47,736 nt of DNA, from the IMG/VR virus record IMGVR_UViG_2778261460_000004; one strand, given 5' to 3'. The position numbers and the translations under genes are program-made. The stretch is from a virus (lineage: Duplodnaviria > Heunggongvirae > Uroviricota > Caudoviricetes). The notes below the pieces were generated by a model. It did no database searches. It was not told the origin of the DNA and saw only the letters and a list, made by a program, of their open reading frames with translations. This document shows positions 32,530-43,194 of this stretch, in pieces (positions within the stretch are counted from its first letter, which is position 1; each line of letters opens with the position of its first letter).

Positions 32530-33270
32530 ATGCCTGTACCAAATCCTACAATGCCGGTGAAAGGTGCCGGGACCACCCTGTGGGTTTATAAGGGGAGCGG
32601 TGACCCTTATGCGAATCCGCTTTCAGACGTTGACTGGTCGCGTCTGGCAAAAGTTAAAGACCTGACGCCCGGCGAACTGACCGCTGAGTCCTATGACGAC
32701 AGCTATCTCGATGATGAAGATGCAGACTGGACTGCGACCGGGCAGGGGCAGAAATCTGCCGGAGATACCAGCTTCACGCTGGCGTGGATGCCCGGAGAGC
32801 AGGGGCAGCAGGCGCTGCTGGCGTGGTTTAATGAAGGCGATACCCGTGCCTATAAAATCCGCTTCCCGAACGGCACGGTCGATGTGTTCCGTGGCTGGGT
32901 CAGCAGTATCGGTAAGGCGGTGACGGCGAAGGAAGTGATCACCCGCACGGTGAAAGTCACCAATGTGGGACGTCCGTCGATGGCAGAAGATCGCAGCACG
33001 GTAACAGCGGCAACCGGCATGACCGTGACGCCTGCCAGCACCTCGGTGGTGAAAGGGCAGAGCACCACGCTGACCGTGGCCTTCCAGCCGGAGGGCGTAA
33101 CCGACAAGAGCTTTCGTGCGGTGTCTGCGGATAAAACAAAAGCCACCGTGTCGGTCAGTGGTATGACCATCACCGTGAACGGCGTTGCTGCAGGCAAGGT
33201 CAACATTCCGGTTGTATCCGGTAATGGTGAACTTGCTGCGGTTGCAGAAATCACCGTCACCGACAGTTAA
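32530..33270 (+). CDS. V: Major tail tube protein V
   Basis: 246 aa from ATG at 32530 ([20 protein letters not shown]...), with C-terminal Ig-like domain; matches lambda gpV. Confidence 0.9.
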   Translation: MPVPNPTMPVKGAGTTLWVYKGSGDPYANPLSDVDWSRLAKVKDLTPGELTAESYDDSYLDDEDADWTATGQGQKSAGDTSFTLAWMPGEQGQQALLAWFNEGDTRAYKIRFPNGTVDVFRGWVSSIGKAVTAKEVITRTVKVTNVGRPSMAEDRSTVTAATGMTVTPASTSVVKGQSTTLTVAFQPEGVTDKSFRAVSADKTKATVSVSGMTITVNGVAAGKVNIPVVSGNGELAAVAEITVTDS

Positions 33271-33285
33271 TCCGGAGAGTCAGCG

Positions 33286-33708
33286 ATGTTCCTGAAAACC
33301 GAATCATTTGAACATAACGGCGTGACCGTCACGCTTTCTGAACTGTCAGCCCTGCAGCGTATTGAGCATCTTGCCTGGTTGAAAGAGCAGGAAAAAAAGG
33401 CTGAATCCAGTGGCAACCTGCAGGTGTCTGTAGAGGAGCTTATCAGAGGCGGGGCTTTTCTGGTGGCGATGTCTCTGTGGCATAGCCATCCGCAGAAGAC
33501 AAAGATGCCGTCCATGAATGAAGCCGTTAAACAAATTGAGCAGGAAGTGCTTACCACCTGGCCCACAGAGGCAATTGCTCATGCTGAAAATGTGGTAATG
33601 CGTCTGTCCGGTATGTCTGAGTTTGTGGTGAATAATGCCCCTGAACAGGCAGAGGACGCCGGGCCTGCAGAGCCTGTTTCTGCGGGAAAGTGTTCGACGG
33701 TGAGCTGA
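33286..33708 (+). CDS. G: Tail assembly chaperone G
   Basis: 140 aa, matches lambda gpG. Confidence 0.9.
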   Translation: MFLKTESFEHNGVTVTLSELSALQRIEHLAWLKEQEKKAESSGNLQVSVEELIRGGAFLVAMSLWHSHPQKTKMPSMNEAVKQIEQEVLTTWPTEAIAHAENVVMRLSGMSEFVVNNAPEQAEDAGPAEPVSAGKCSTVS

Positions 33709-34124
33709 GTTTTGCCCTGAAACTGGCGCGTGAGATGGGGCGACCCGACTGGCGCGCCATGCTTGCCGGGATGTCATCCACGGAGTATGCCGACTGGCAC
33801 CGCTTTTACAGTACCCATTATTTTCATGATGTTCTGCTGGATATGCACTTTTCCGGGCTGACGTACACCGTACTCAGCCTGTTTTTCAGCGATCCGGATA
33901 TGCATCCGCTGGATTTCAGTCTGCTGAACCGGCGCGAGGCTGACGAAGAGCCTGAAGATGATGTGCTGATGCAGAAAGCGGCAGGGCTTGCCGGAGGCGT
34001 CCGCTTTGGCCCGGACGGGAATGAAGTTATCCCCGCTTCCCCGGATGTGGCGGACATGACGGAGGATGACGTAATGCTGATGACAGTATCAGAAGGGATC
34101 GCAGGAGGAGTCCGGTATGGCTGA
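33690..34124 (+). CDS. T: Tail assembly protein T, expressed as G-T fusion by programmed -1 frameshift
   Basis: Slippery heptamer GGGAAAG at 33684-33690 near G 3' end; -1 frame ORF continues to 34124, as in lambda gpGT. Confidence 0.85.
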   Translation: MFDGELSFALKLAREMGRPDWRAMLAGMSSTEYADWHRFYSTHYFHDVLLDMHFSGLTYTVLSLFFSDPDMHPLDFSLLNRREADEEPEDDVLMQKAAGLAGGVRFGPDGNEVIPASPDVADMTEDDVMLMTVSEGIAGGVRYG

Positions 34125-36696
34125 ACCGGTAGGCGATCTGGTCGTTGATTTAAGTCTGGATGCGGCCAGATTTGACGAGCAGATGGCCAGAGTCAGGCGT
34201 CATTTTTCCGGTACGGAAAGTGATGCGAAAAAAACAGCGGCAGTCGTTGAACAGTCGCTGAGCCGACAGGCGCTGGCTGCACAGAAAGCGGGGATTTCCG
34301 TCGGGCAGTATAAAGCCGCCATGCGTATGCTGCCTGCACAGTTCACCGACGTGGCCACGCAGCTTGCAGGCGGGCAGAGTCCGTGGCTGATCCTGCTGCA
34401 ACAGGGTGGTCAGGTTAAGGACTCCTTCGGCGGGATGATCCCCATGTTCAGGGGGCTTGCCGGTGCGATCACCCTGCCGATGGTGGGGGCCACCTCGCTG
34501 GCGGTGGCGACCGGTGCGCTGGCGTATGCCTGGTATCAGGGCAACTCAACCCTGTCCGATTTCAACAAAACGCTGGTCCTTTCCGGCAATCAGGCGGGAC
34601 TGACGGCAGATCGTATTCTGGCCCTGTCCAGAGCCGGGCAGGCGGCAGGGCTGACGTTTAACCAGACCAGCGAGTCACTGACGGCGCTGGTGAATGCCGG
34701 TGTGCGTGGTGGTGAGCAGTTTGAGGCGATCAGCCAGAGTGTGGCGCGTTTCTCCTCTGCATCCGGCGTGGAGGTGGACAAGGTCGCTGAAGCCTTCGGG
34801 AAGCTGACCACAGACCCGACGTCGGGACTGACAGCGATGGCACGTCAGTTCCATAACGTGACGGCGGAGCAGATTGCGTATGTTGCTCAGTTGCAGCGTT
34901 CCGGAGATGAAGCCGGGGCATTGCAGGCGGCGAACGAGGCCGCAACGAAAGGGTTTGATGACCAGACCCGCCGCCTGAAAGAGAACATGGACACGCTGGA
35001 GACCTGGGCAGACAGGACAGCACGGGCATTCAAATCCATGTGGGATTCGGTGCTGGATATTGGTCGCCCGGACACTGCCCAGGGAATGCTGGAGAAAGCA
35101 GAAAAGGCTTTTGATGAGGCGGACAAAAAATGGCAGTGGTATCAGAGCCGGAGCCACCGGCGCGGTAAAACCTCAGCATTTCTTGCCAATCTCCGGGGAG
35201 CATGGGAGGACAGAGCGAATGCGCAACTTGGGCTTTCAGCCGCCACGTTGCAGGCCGATCTTGAAAAGGCCAGAGAGATGGCAGCAAAGGACTGGGCCGA
35301 GTCTGAGGCATCACGGCTGAAATATACCGAAGAGGCGCAGAAGGCTTACGAACGCCTGCAGACGCCGCTGGAGAAATATACCGCCCGTCAGGAAGAACTG
35401 AACAAGGCACTGAAAGACGGGAAAATCCTGCAGGCAGATTACAACACGCTGATGGCGGCGGCGAAAAAGGATTATGAAGCGACGCTGAAAAAGCCGAAAC
35501 AGTCCGGCGTGAAAGTGTCTGCGGGCGATCGTCAGGAAGACAGTGCTCATGCTGCCCTGCTGACGCTTCAGGCTGAACTCCGGACGCTGGAGAAGCATGC
35601 CGGAGCAAATGAGAAAATCAGCCAGCAGCGCCGGGATTTGTGGAAGGCGGAGAGTCAGTTCGCGGTACTGGAGGAGGCGGCGCAACGTCGCCAGCTGTCC
35701 GCACAGGAGAAATCCCTGCTGGCGCATAAAGATGAGACGCTGGAGTACAAACGCCAGCTGGCTGCACTTGGCGACAAGGTTACGTATCAGGAGCGCCTGA
35801 ACGCGCTGGCGCAGCAGGCGGATAAGTTCGCACAGCAACAACGGGCAAAACGGGCAGCCATTGAGGCGAAAAACCGGGGGCTTACTGACCGGCAGGCAGC
35901 GCGGGAAGCCACAGAACAGCGCCTGAAGGAACAGTATGGCGATAATTCGCTGGCGCTGAATAACGTCATGTCAGAGCAGAAAAAGACCTGGGCGGCTGAA
36001 GACCAGCTTCGCGGGAGCTGGATGGCAGGCCTCAGGTCCGGCTGGAGTGAGTGGGAAGAGAGCGCCACGGACAGTATGTCGCAGGTTAAAAGTGCAGCCA
36101 CGCAGACCTTTGATGGTATTGCGCAGAATATGGCGGCGATGCTGACCGGCAGTGAGCAGAACTGGCGCAGCTTCACCCGTTCCGTGCTGTCCATGATGAC
36201 AGAAATTCTGCTTAAGCAGGCAATGGTGGGGATTGTCGGGAGTATCGGTAGCGCCATTGGCGGGGCTGTTGGTGGCGGCGCATCCGCATCAGGCGGTACA
36301 GCCATTCAGGCAGCTGCGGCGAAATTCCATTTTGCAACCGGAGGATTTACGGGAACCGGCGGCAAATATGAGCCAGCGGGGATTGTTCACCGTGGTGAAT
36401 TTGTCTTCACGAAGGAGGCAACCAGCCGAATTGGTGTCGGCAACCTGTACCGCCTGATGCGGGGCTATGCGGAAGGTGGTTATGTGGGCGGTGCCGGAAG
36501 TCCGGCGCAGATGCGGCGGGCTGAAGGCATTAATTTTAATCAGAACAATCACGTGGTGATTCAGAACGACGGTACGAATGGTCTGCCAGGTCCACAGATG
36601 ATGAAGGCAGTGTATGACATGGCCCGCAAAGGTGCCCGTGATGAAATTCAGACACAGATGCGTGATGGTGGCCTGTTCTCCGGAGGTGGACGATGA
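34117..36696 (+). CDS. H: Tail tape measure protein H
   Basis: 859 aa, largely collinear with lambda gpH. Confidence 0.95.
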   Translation: MAEPVGDLVVDLSLDAARFDEQMARVRRHFSGTESDAKKTAAVVEQSLSRQALAAQKAGISVGQYKAAMRMLPAQFTDVATQLAGGQSPWLILLQQGGQVKDSFGGMIPMFRGLAGAITLPMVGATSLAVATGALAYAWYQGNSTLSDFNKTLVLSGNQAGLTADRILALSRAGQAAGLTFNQTSESLTALVNAGVRGGEQFEAISQSVARFSSASGVEVDKVAEAFGKLTTDPTSGLTAMARQFHNVTAEQIAYVAQLQRSGDEAGALQAANEAATKGFDDQTRRLKENMDTLETWADRTARAFKSMWDSVLDIGRPDTAQGMLEKAEKAFDEADKKWQWYQSRSHRRGKTSAFLANLRGAWEDRANAQLGLSAATLQADLEKAREMAAKDWAESEASRLKYTEEAQKAYERLQTPLEKYTARQEELNKALKDGKILQADYNTLMAAAKKDYEATLKKPKQSGVKVSAGDRQEDSAHAALLTLQAELRTLEKHAGANEKISQQRRDLWKAESQFAVLEEAAQRRQLSAQEKSLLAHKDETLEYKRQLAALGDKVTYQERLNALAQQADKFAQQQRAKRAAIEAKNRGLTDRQAAREATEQRLKEQYGDNSLALNNVMSEQKKTWAAEDQLRGSWMAGLRSGWSEWEESATDSMSQVKSAATQTFDGIAQNMAAMLTGSEQNWRSFTRSVLSMMTEILLKQAMVGIVGSIGSAIGGAVGGGASASGGTAIQAAAAKFHFATGGFTGTGGKYEPAGIVHRGEFVFTKEATSRIGVGNLYRLMRGYAEGGYVGGAGSPAQMRRAEGINFNQNNHVVIQNDGTNGLPGPQMMKAVYDMARKGARDEIQTQMRDGGLFSGGGR

Positions 36697-37022
36697 AAAC
36701 CTTCCGCTGGAAAGTGAAACCCGGTATGGATGTGGCTTCGGCCCCTTCTGTAAGAAAGGTGCGCTTTGGTGATGGCTATTCCCAGCGAGCGCCTGCCGGG
36801 CTGAATGCCAACCTGAAAACGTACAGCGTGACGCTTTCTGTTCCCCGTTGGGAGGCCACGGCGCTGGAGTCGTTTCTGGCTGAGCACGGGGGCTGGAAAG
36901 CCTTTCTGTGGACGCCGCCTTATGAGTGGCGGCAGATAAAGGTGACCTGCGCAAAATGGTCGTCGCGGGTCAGTATGCTGCGTGTTGAGTTCAGCGCAGA
37001 GTTTGAACAGGTGGTGAACTGA
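36693..37022 (+). CDS. M: Tail tip protein M
   Basis: 109 aa, matches lambda gpM. Confidence 0.9.
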   Translation: MKTFRWKVKPGMDVASAPSVRKVRFGDGYSQRAPAGLNANLKTYSVTLSVPRWEATALESFLAEHGGWKAFLWTPPYEWRQIKVTCAKWSSRVSMLRVEFSAEFEQVVN

Positions 37023-37720
37023 TGCAGGATATCCGGCAGGAAACACTGAATGAATGCACCCGTGCGGAGCAGTCGGCCAGCGTGGTGCTCTGGGAAATCG
37101 ACCTGACAGAGGTCGGTGGAGAACGTTATTTTTTCTGTAATGAGCAGAACGAAAAAGGTGAGCCGGTCACCTGGCAGGGGCGACAGTATCAGCCGTATCC
37201 CATTCAGGGGAGTGGTTTTGAACTGAATGGCAAAGGCACCAGTACGCGCCCCACACTGACGGTTTCTAACCTGTACGGTATGGTCACCGGGATGGCGGAA
37301 GATCTGCAGAGTCTGGTCGGTGGAACGGTGGTCCGGCGTAAGGTTTACGCCCGTTTTCTGGATGCGGTGAACTTCGTCAACGGAAACAGTGGCGCCGATC
37401 CGGAGCAGGAGGTGATCAGCCGCTGGCGCATTGAGCAGTGCAGCGAACTGAGCGCGGTGAGTGCCTCTTTTGTACTGTCCACGCCGACGGAAACGGATGG
37501 CGCTGTTTTTCCGGGACGTATCATGCTGGCCAACACCTGCACCTGGACCTATCGCGGCGATGAGTGCGGTTATAGCGGTCCGGCGGTCGCGGATGAATAT
37601 GACCAGCCGACGTCCGATATCACGAAGGATAAATGCAGCAAATGCCTGAGTGGCTGTAAGTTTCGCAATAATGTCGGCAACTTTGGCAGCTTCCTTTCCA
37701 TTAACAAACTTTCGCAGTAA
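37022..37720 (+). CDS. L: Tail tip protein L
   Basis: 232 aa, matches lambda gpL. Confidence 0.9.
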   Translation: MQDIRQETLNECTRAEQSASVVLWEIDLTEVGGERYFFCNEQNEKGEPVTWQGRQYQPYPIQGSGFELNGKGTSTRPTLTVSNLYGMVTGMAEDLQSLVGGTVVRRKVYARFLDAVNFVNGNSGADPEQEVISRWRIEQCSELSAVSASFVLSTPTETDGAVFPGRIMLANTCTWTYRGDECGYSGPAVADEYDQPTSDITKDKCSKCLSGCKFRNNVGNFGSFLSINKLSQ

Positions 37721-37725
37721 ATCCC

Positions 37726-38469
37726 ATGACAGAGACAGAATCAGCGATTCTGGCGCACGCCCGGCGATGTGCGCCAGCGGAGTCGTGCGGCTTCGTGGTG
37801 AGAACGCCGGAGGAGGAAAGATATTTTCCCTGCGTGAATATCTCCGGTGAGCCGGAGGCGTATTTCCGTATGTCGCCGGAGGACTGGCTGAGTGCAGAAA
37901 TGCAGGGAGAGATTGTGGCGCTGGTCCACAGCCACCCCGGTGGTCTGCCCTGGCTGAGTGAGGCCGACCGGCGGCTGCAGGTACAGAGTGATTTGCCGTG
38001 GTGGCTGGTCTGCCGGGGGGCGATTCATAAATTCCGCTGTGTGCCGCATCTCACCGGGCGACGCTTTGAGCACGGGGTGACGGACTGTTACACGCTGTTC
38101 CGGGACGCTTACCATCTGGCGGGGATTGAGATGCCGGATTTTCATCGTGAGGATGACTGGTGGCGTAACGGCCAGAATCTCTATCTTGACAATATGGAGG
38201 CGACTGGTTTTTACCGTGTCGCACTGACAGAGGCGCAGCCGGGCGATGTGCTGCTGTGCTGCTTTGGTTCATCGGTGCCGAATCATGCCGCCATTTACTG
38301 TGGTGATGGCGAGCTGCTGCACCATATTCCTGAACAACTGAGCAAACGAGAGAGGTACACCGACAAATGGCAGCGACGCACACACTCCCTCTGGCGTCAC
38401 CGGGCATGGCGCGCATCTGCCTTTACGGGGATTTACAACGATTTGGCCGCCGCATCGACCTTCGTGTGA
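37726..38469 (+). CDS. K: Tail tip assembly protein K (JAB/MPN and NlpC/P60-like)
   Basis: 247-aa ORF with HSHPGG JAMM motif; lambda gpK is often annotated from a downstream Met. Confidence 0.85.
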   Translation: MTETESAILAHARRCAPAESCGFVVRTPEEERYFPCVNISGEPEAYFRMSPEDWLSAEMQGEIVALVHSHPGGLPWLSEADRRLQVQSDLPWWLVCRGAIHKFRCVPHLTGRRFEHGVTDCYTLFRDAYHLAGIEMPDFHREDDWWRNGQNLYLDNMEATGFYRVALTEAQPGDVLLCCFGSSVPNHAAIYCGDGELLHHIPEQLSKRERYTDKWQRRTHSLWRHRAWRASAFTGIYNDLAAASTFV

Positions 38470-39008
38470 AAACGGGGGCTGAAGCCATCCGGGCGCTGGC
38501 CACACAGCTCCCGGCGTTTCGTCAGAAACTGAGCGATGGCTGGTATCAGATACGGATTGCCGGGCGTGATACAGGTGAAAACGAATTATCAGCCCGTCTG
38601 AATGAGCCGCTGGCAAATGGTGCCGTGATCCATATCGTGCCGCGTCTGGCGGGTGCTAAAAGTGGCGGTGTGTTTCAGGCTGTGCTGGGGGCGGCTGTTA
38701 TGGCGGTTGCTATATGGATGCCGGGGGTAGGAATTATGGCGAGTAATCTGCTGTTTTCTCTCGGTGCCAGTATGACGCTTGGCGGTGTTGCACAGATGCT
38801 GGCCCCTAAACCCAAAACCCCCCGCACACAGACAACGGATAACGGCAAACAGAACACCTATTTTTCTTCACTGGATAATATGGTTGCCCAGGGCAATGTC
38901 CTGCCCGTTCTGTACGGTGAAATGCGTGTGGGGTCGCGGGTGGTATCTCAGGAGATCAGCACGGCAGACGAAGGGGATGGTGGTCAGGTTGTGGTGATTG
39001 GTCGCTGA
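38367..39008 (+). CDS. I: Tail tip assembly protein I
   Basis: 213 aa MAATHTLPLASPGMARICLYGDLQRFGRR..., matches lambda gpI with a shorter central region. Confidence 0.85.
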   Translation: MAATHTLPLASPGMARICLYGDLQRFGRRIDLRVKTGAEAIRALATQLPAFRQKLSDGWYQIRIAGRDTGENELSARLNEPLANGAVIHIVPRLAGAKSGGVFQAVLGAAVMAVAIWMPGVGIMASNLLFSLGASMTLGGVAQMLAPKPKTPRTQTTDNGKQNTYFSSLDNMVAQGNVLPVLYGEMRVGSRVVSQEISTADEGDGGQVVVIGR

Positions 39009-39068
39009 TGAAAAACGTTTTATGTGAAACCGCCTCCGGGCGGTTTTGTCGTTTATGGAGCGTGAGGA

Positions 39069-42000
39069 ATGGGTAAAGGCAGCAGTAAGGGGCATACTCC
39101 GCGCGAAGCGAAGGACAACCTGAAGTCCACGCAGTTGCTGAGTGTGATCGATGCCATCAGCGAAGGGCCGGTTGAAGGTCCGGTGGATGGATTAAAAAGC
39201 GTGCTGCTGAACAGTACGCCGGTGCTGGACAGTGAGGGGAATACCAATATATCCGGCGTCACGGTGGTGTTCCGGGCCGGTGAGCAGGAGCAGACACCGC
39301 CGGAGGGATTTGAATCCTCCGGCTCCGAGACGGTGCTCGGTACAGAAGTGAAATATGACACGCCGATCACCCGGACCATCACGTCGGCAAACATTGACCG
39401 TCTGCGTTTTACTTTCGGCGTGCAGGCACTGGTGGAAACCACCTCAAAGGGGGACAGGAATCCATCGGAAGTCCGCCTGCTGGTTCAGATCCAGCGTAAT
39501 GGTGGCTGGGTGACGGAAAAAGACATCACCATTAAGGGCAAAACCACCTCGCAGTATCTGGCCTCGGTGGTGGTGGGTAACCTGCCGCCGCGCCCGTTCA
39601 ATATCCGGATGCGCAGGATGACGCCGGACAGCACCACAGACCAGCTGCAGAACAAAACGCTCTGGTCGTCATACACCGAAATCATCGATGTGAAACAGGG
39701 CTACCCGAACACGGCACTGGTCGGCGTGCAGGTGGATTCGGAGCAGTTCGGCAGCCAGCAGGTGAGCCGTAATTATCATCTGCGCGGGCGCATTCTGCAG
39801 GTGCCGTCGAACTATAACCCGCAGACGCGGCAATACAGCGGTATCTGGGACGGAACGTTTAAACCGGCATACAGCAACAACATGGCCTGGTGTATGTGGG
39901 ATATGCTGACCCATCCGCGCTACGGCATGGGGAAACGTCTTGGTGCAGCGGATGTAGATAAATGGGCGCTGTATGTCATCGGCCAGTACTGCGACCAGTC
40001 GGTGCCGGACGGCTTTGGCGGCACGGAGCCGCGCATCACCTGTAATGCGTACCTGACCACACAGCGCAAGGCGTGGGATGTGCTCAGTGATTTCTGCTCG
40101 GCGATGCGCTGTATGCCGGTATGGAACGGGCAGACGCTGACGTTCGTGCAGGACCGACCATCAGATAAGGTGTGGACCTATAACCGCAGTAATGTGGTGA
40201 TGCCGGATGATGGCGCGCCGTTCCGCTACAGCTTCAGCGCCCTGAAGGACCGCCATAATGCCGTTGAGGTGAACTGGATTGACCCGAACAACGGCTGGGA
40301 GACGGCGACAGAGCTTGTTGAAGATACGCAGGCCATTGCCCGTTACGGTCGTAACGTCACGAAGATGGATGCCTTTGGCTGTACCAGCCGGGGGCAGGCG
40401 CACCGCGCCGGGCTGTGGCTGATTAAAACGGAACTGCTGGAAACGCAGACCGTGGACTTCAGCGTGGGTGCGGAAGGGCTTCGCCATGTACCGGGGGATG
40501 TCATTGAAATCTGCGATGATGACTATGCGGGTATCAGCATCGGCGGGCGCGTGCTGGCGGTGAACAGCCAGACCCGGACGCTGACGCTCGACCGTGAAAT
40601 CACGCTGCCATCCTCCGGTACCACGCTGATAAGCCTGGTTGACGGAAGTGGCAATCCGGTCAGCGTGGAGGTTCAGTCCGTCACCGACGGCGTGAAGGTG
40701 AAAGTGAGCCGTGTTCCTGACGGCGTTGCCGGATACAGCGTGTGGGGGCTGAAGCTGCCGACGCTGCGCCAGCGCCTGTTCCGCTGTGTGAGTATCCGTG
40801 AGAACGACGACGGCACGTATGCCATCACTGCCGTGCAGCATGTGCCGGAAAAAGAGGCCATCGTGGATAACGGAGCGCACTTTGACGGCGACCAGAGCGG
40901 CACGGTGAATGGTGTCACGCCGCCAGCGGTGCAGCACCTGACCGCAGAAGTCACCGCAGACAGTGGGGAGTATCAGGTGCTGGCGCGCTGGGACACGCCG
41001 AAGGTGGTGAAGGGTGTGAGCTTTATGCTTCGCCTGACCGTGGCCGCCGATGACGGCAGTGAGCGGCTGGTCAGCACGGCCCGGACGACGGAAACCACTT
41101 ACCGCTTCACACAACTGGCGCTGGGGAACTACAGGCTGACAGTCCGGGCGGTAAATGCATGGGGACAGCAGGGCGATCCGGCGTCGGTATCGTTCCGGAT
41201 CGCCGCACCGGCAGCGCCGTCGCGGATTGAGCTGACGCCGGGCTATTTTCAGATAACCGCCACGCCGCATCTTGCCGTTTATGATCCGACGGTACAGTTT
41301 GAGTTCTGGTTCTCGGAAAAGCGGATTGCGGATATCAGGCAGGTTGAAACCACAGCCCGCTATCTTGGTACGGGGCTGTACTGGATAGCTGCCAGTATCA
41401 ATATCAAACCGGGCCATGATTATTACTTTTATATCCGCAGTGTGAACACCGTTGGCAAATCGGCATTCGTGGAGGCCGTCGGTCGGGCGAGCGATGATGC
41501 GGAAGGTTACCTGGATTTTTTCAAAGGCAAGATAACCGAATCCCATCTCGGCAAGGAGCTGCTGGAAAAAGTCGACCTGACGGAAGATAACGCCAGCAGA
41601 CTGGATCAGTTTTCGAAAGAGTGGAAAGACGCCAACGATAAATGGAATGCCATGTGGGGCGTCAAAATTGAGCAGACCGAAGACGGTAAGCATTATGTCG
41701 CGGGACTTGGCCTCAGCATGGAGGACACGGAGGAAGGCAAACTGAGCCAGTTCCTGGTTGCCGCTAACCGTATCGCGTTTATTGATCCGTCTAATGGCAA
41801 CACAAGACCAATGTTTGTTGGTCAGGGCGATCAGATATTCATGAACGACGTGTTCCTGAAACGCCTGACGGCTCCGACCATTACCAGCGGCGGTAATCCT
41901 CCGGCATTTTCCCTGACACCGGACGGGCGGCTGACGGCGAAAAATGCCGATATCAGCGGTAACGTGAATGCGAACTCCGGGACGCTCAACAACGTCACGA

Positions 42001-42461
42001 TTAATGAGAGCTGTACTATTAAGGGGATGCTTGATGCTAACCAGGTGCGTGGTGATTTTGTAAAAACGACAGGGCATCGATTTCCGCACCCCGGAGAATA
42101 CCCACAGGGTTCACTTACCGTTCATATTAAGGACGATCATGCCTTTGACAGGCAGATTATAATTCAACCAATCATGTACGGTGCACCACCATATTTTAGT
42201 AAAAATGATGGCGCTAATATCTACGATACCTGCAGATTAATTGTGCGCAAAAATGGCAATGTAATCTATGACAAATCCACTAGTGGTTCGAAAAGGACAA
42301 CAGTCGTGTACAGCAATATCATTGATATGCCAGTGGGGGACGGAGATGTAATATTAACATTTGAAGTTCAGTCGAGCGGCAGTGGAGAGCCCAGAACATG
42401 GATCAGTGATTTAATGGTCTCGGTAACGAAAAAAGCCGCATCCGGTATCAGTATCAGTTGA
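39069..42461 (+). CDS. J: Central tail fibre / host specificity protein J
   Basis: 1130 aa, lambda gpJ-like for about the first 990 aa; C-terminal about 140 aa (receptor-binding region) differs from my recollection of lambda J. Confidence 0.9.
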   Translation: MGKGSSKGHTPREAKDNLKSTQLLSVIDAISEGPVEGPVDGLKSVLLNSTPVLDSEGNTNISGVTVVFRAGEQEQTPPEGFESSGSETVLGTEVKYDTPITRTITSANIDRLRFTFGVQALVETTSKGDRNPSEVRLLVQIQRNGGWVTEKDITIKGKTTSQYLASVVVGNLPPRPFNIRMRRMTPDSTTDQLQNKTLWSSYTEIIDVKQGYPNTALVGVQVDSEQFGSQQVSRNYHLRGRILQVPSNYNPQTRQYSGIWDGTFKPAYSNNMAWCMWDMLTHPRYGMGKRLGAADVDKWALYVIGQYCDQSVPDGFGGTEPRITCNAYLTTQRKAWDVLSDFCSAMRCMPVWNGQTLTFVQDRPSDKVWTYNRSNVVMPDDGAPFRYSFSALKDRHNAVEVNWIDPNNGWETATELVEDTQAIARYGRNVTKMDAFGCTSRGQAHRAGLWLIKTELLETQTVDFSVGAEGLRHVPGDVIEICDDDYAGISIGGRVLAVNSQTRTLTLDREITLPSSGTTLISLVDGSGNPVSVEVQSVTDGVKVKVSRVPDGVAGYSVWGLKLPTLRQRLFRCVSIRENDDGTYAITAVQHVPEKEAIVDNGAHFDGDQSGTVNGVTPPAVQHLTAEVTADSGEYQVLARWDTPKVVKGVSFMLRLTVAADDGSERLVSTARTTETTYRFTQLALGNYRLTVRAVNAWGQQGDPASVSFRIAAPAAPSRIELTPGYFQITATPHLAVYDPTVQFEFWFSEKRIADIRQVETTARYLGTGLYWIAASINIKPGHDYYFYIRSVNTVGKSAFVEAVGRASDDAEGYLDFFKGKITESHLGKELLEKVDLTEDNASRLDQFSKEWKDANDKWNAMWGVKIEQTEDGKHYVAGLGLSMEDTEEGKLSQFLVAANRIAFIDPSNGNTRPMFVGQGDQIFMNDVFLKRLTAPTITSGGNPPAFSLTPDGRLTAKNADISGNVNANSGTLNNVTINESCTIKGMLDANQVRGDFVKTTGHRFPHPGEYPQGSLTVHIKDDHAFDRQIIIQPIMYGAPPYFSKNDGANIYDTCRLIVRKNGNVIYDKSTSGSKRTTVVYSNIIDMPVGDGDVILTFEVQSSGSGEPRTWISDLMVSVTKKAASGISIS

Positions 42462-42530
42462 AATTTTTATAACCCCAATACGGGCGCCAGAAATGGCGCC
42501 TTTTTTATTGCAGAAAAGCGAGAGGTAATT

Positions 42531-43130
42531 ATGCGTAAAGTTTGTGCAGCCATTTTGTCCGCAGCCATCTGTCTGGCCGTATCCGGTGCGCCTGCATGGG
42601 CGTCTGAACATCAGTCCACACTGAGCGCAGGGTATCTTCATGCCCGTACGAACGCTCCCGGCAGCGATAATCTGAACGGGATTAACGTGAAATACCGTTA
42701 TGAGTTTACGGACACGCTGGGGCTGATTACGTCCTTCAGTTATGCCAATGCTGAGGATGAGCAAAAAACGCACTACAGCGATACCCGCTGGCATGAAGAT
42801 TCCGTGCGTAACCGCTGGTTCAGCGTGATGGCAGGGCCGTCTGTGCGCGTGAATGAATGGTTCAGCGCGTATGCGATGGCGGGTATGGCTTACAGCCGTG
42901 TGTCGACCTTCTCCGGGGATTATCTCCGCATAACTGACAACAAGGGGAAAACGCACGATGTGCTGACCGGAAGTGATGACGGTCGCCACAGCAACACGTC
43001 TCTGGCGTGGGGAGCTGGCGTGCAGTTTAACCCGACCGAATCCGTGGCCATTGATATTGCTTATGAAGGCTCCGGCAGTGGTGACTGGCGCACTGCCGGT
43101 TTCATCGTGGGTGTCGGTTATAAGTTCTGA
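42531..43130 (+). CDS. lom: Outer membrane protein Lom (Ail/Lom family)
   Basis: 199 aa with signal peptide and beta-barrel pattern ending ...GFIVGVGYKF. Confidence 0.85.
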   Translation: MRKVCAAILSAAICLAVSGAPAWASEHQSTLSAGYLHARTNAPGSDNLNGINVKYRYEFTDTLGLITSFSYANAEDEQKTHYSDTRWHEDSVRNRWFSVMAGPSVRVNEWFSAYAMAGMAYSRVSTFSGDYLRITDNKGKTHDVLTGSDDGRHSNTSLAWGAGVQFNPTESVAIDIAYEGSGSGDWRTAGFIVGVGYKF

Positions 43131-43194
43131 TTAGCCAGGTAACACAGTGTTATGACAGCCCGCCGGTTCAGGCGGGCTTTTTTGTGGGGGGAAT

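Noticed and set aside
34675-36954. Series of overlapping minus-strand and alternate-frame ORFs (99-221 aa) within tape measure gene H
   Set aside because: All embedded in H, which is collinear with lambda gpH; products are Arg/Pro/Cys-rich low-complexity; typical GC-rich shadow frames.
40161-42089. 642-aa minus-strand ORF antisense to J
   Set aside because: Shadow ORF within a conserved lambda-like structural gene; Arg/His-rich low-complexity product; no RBS.
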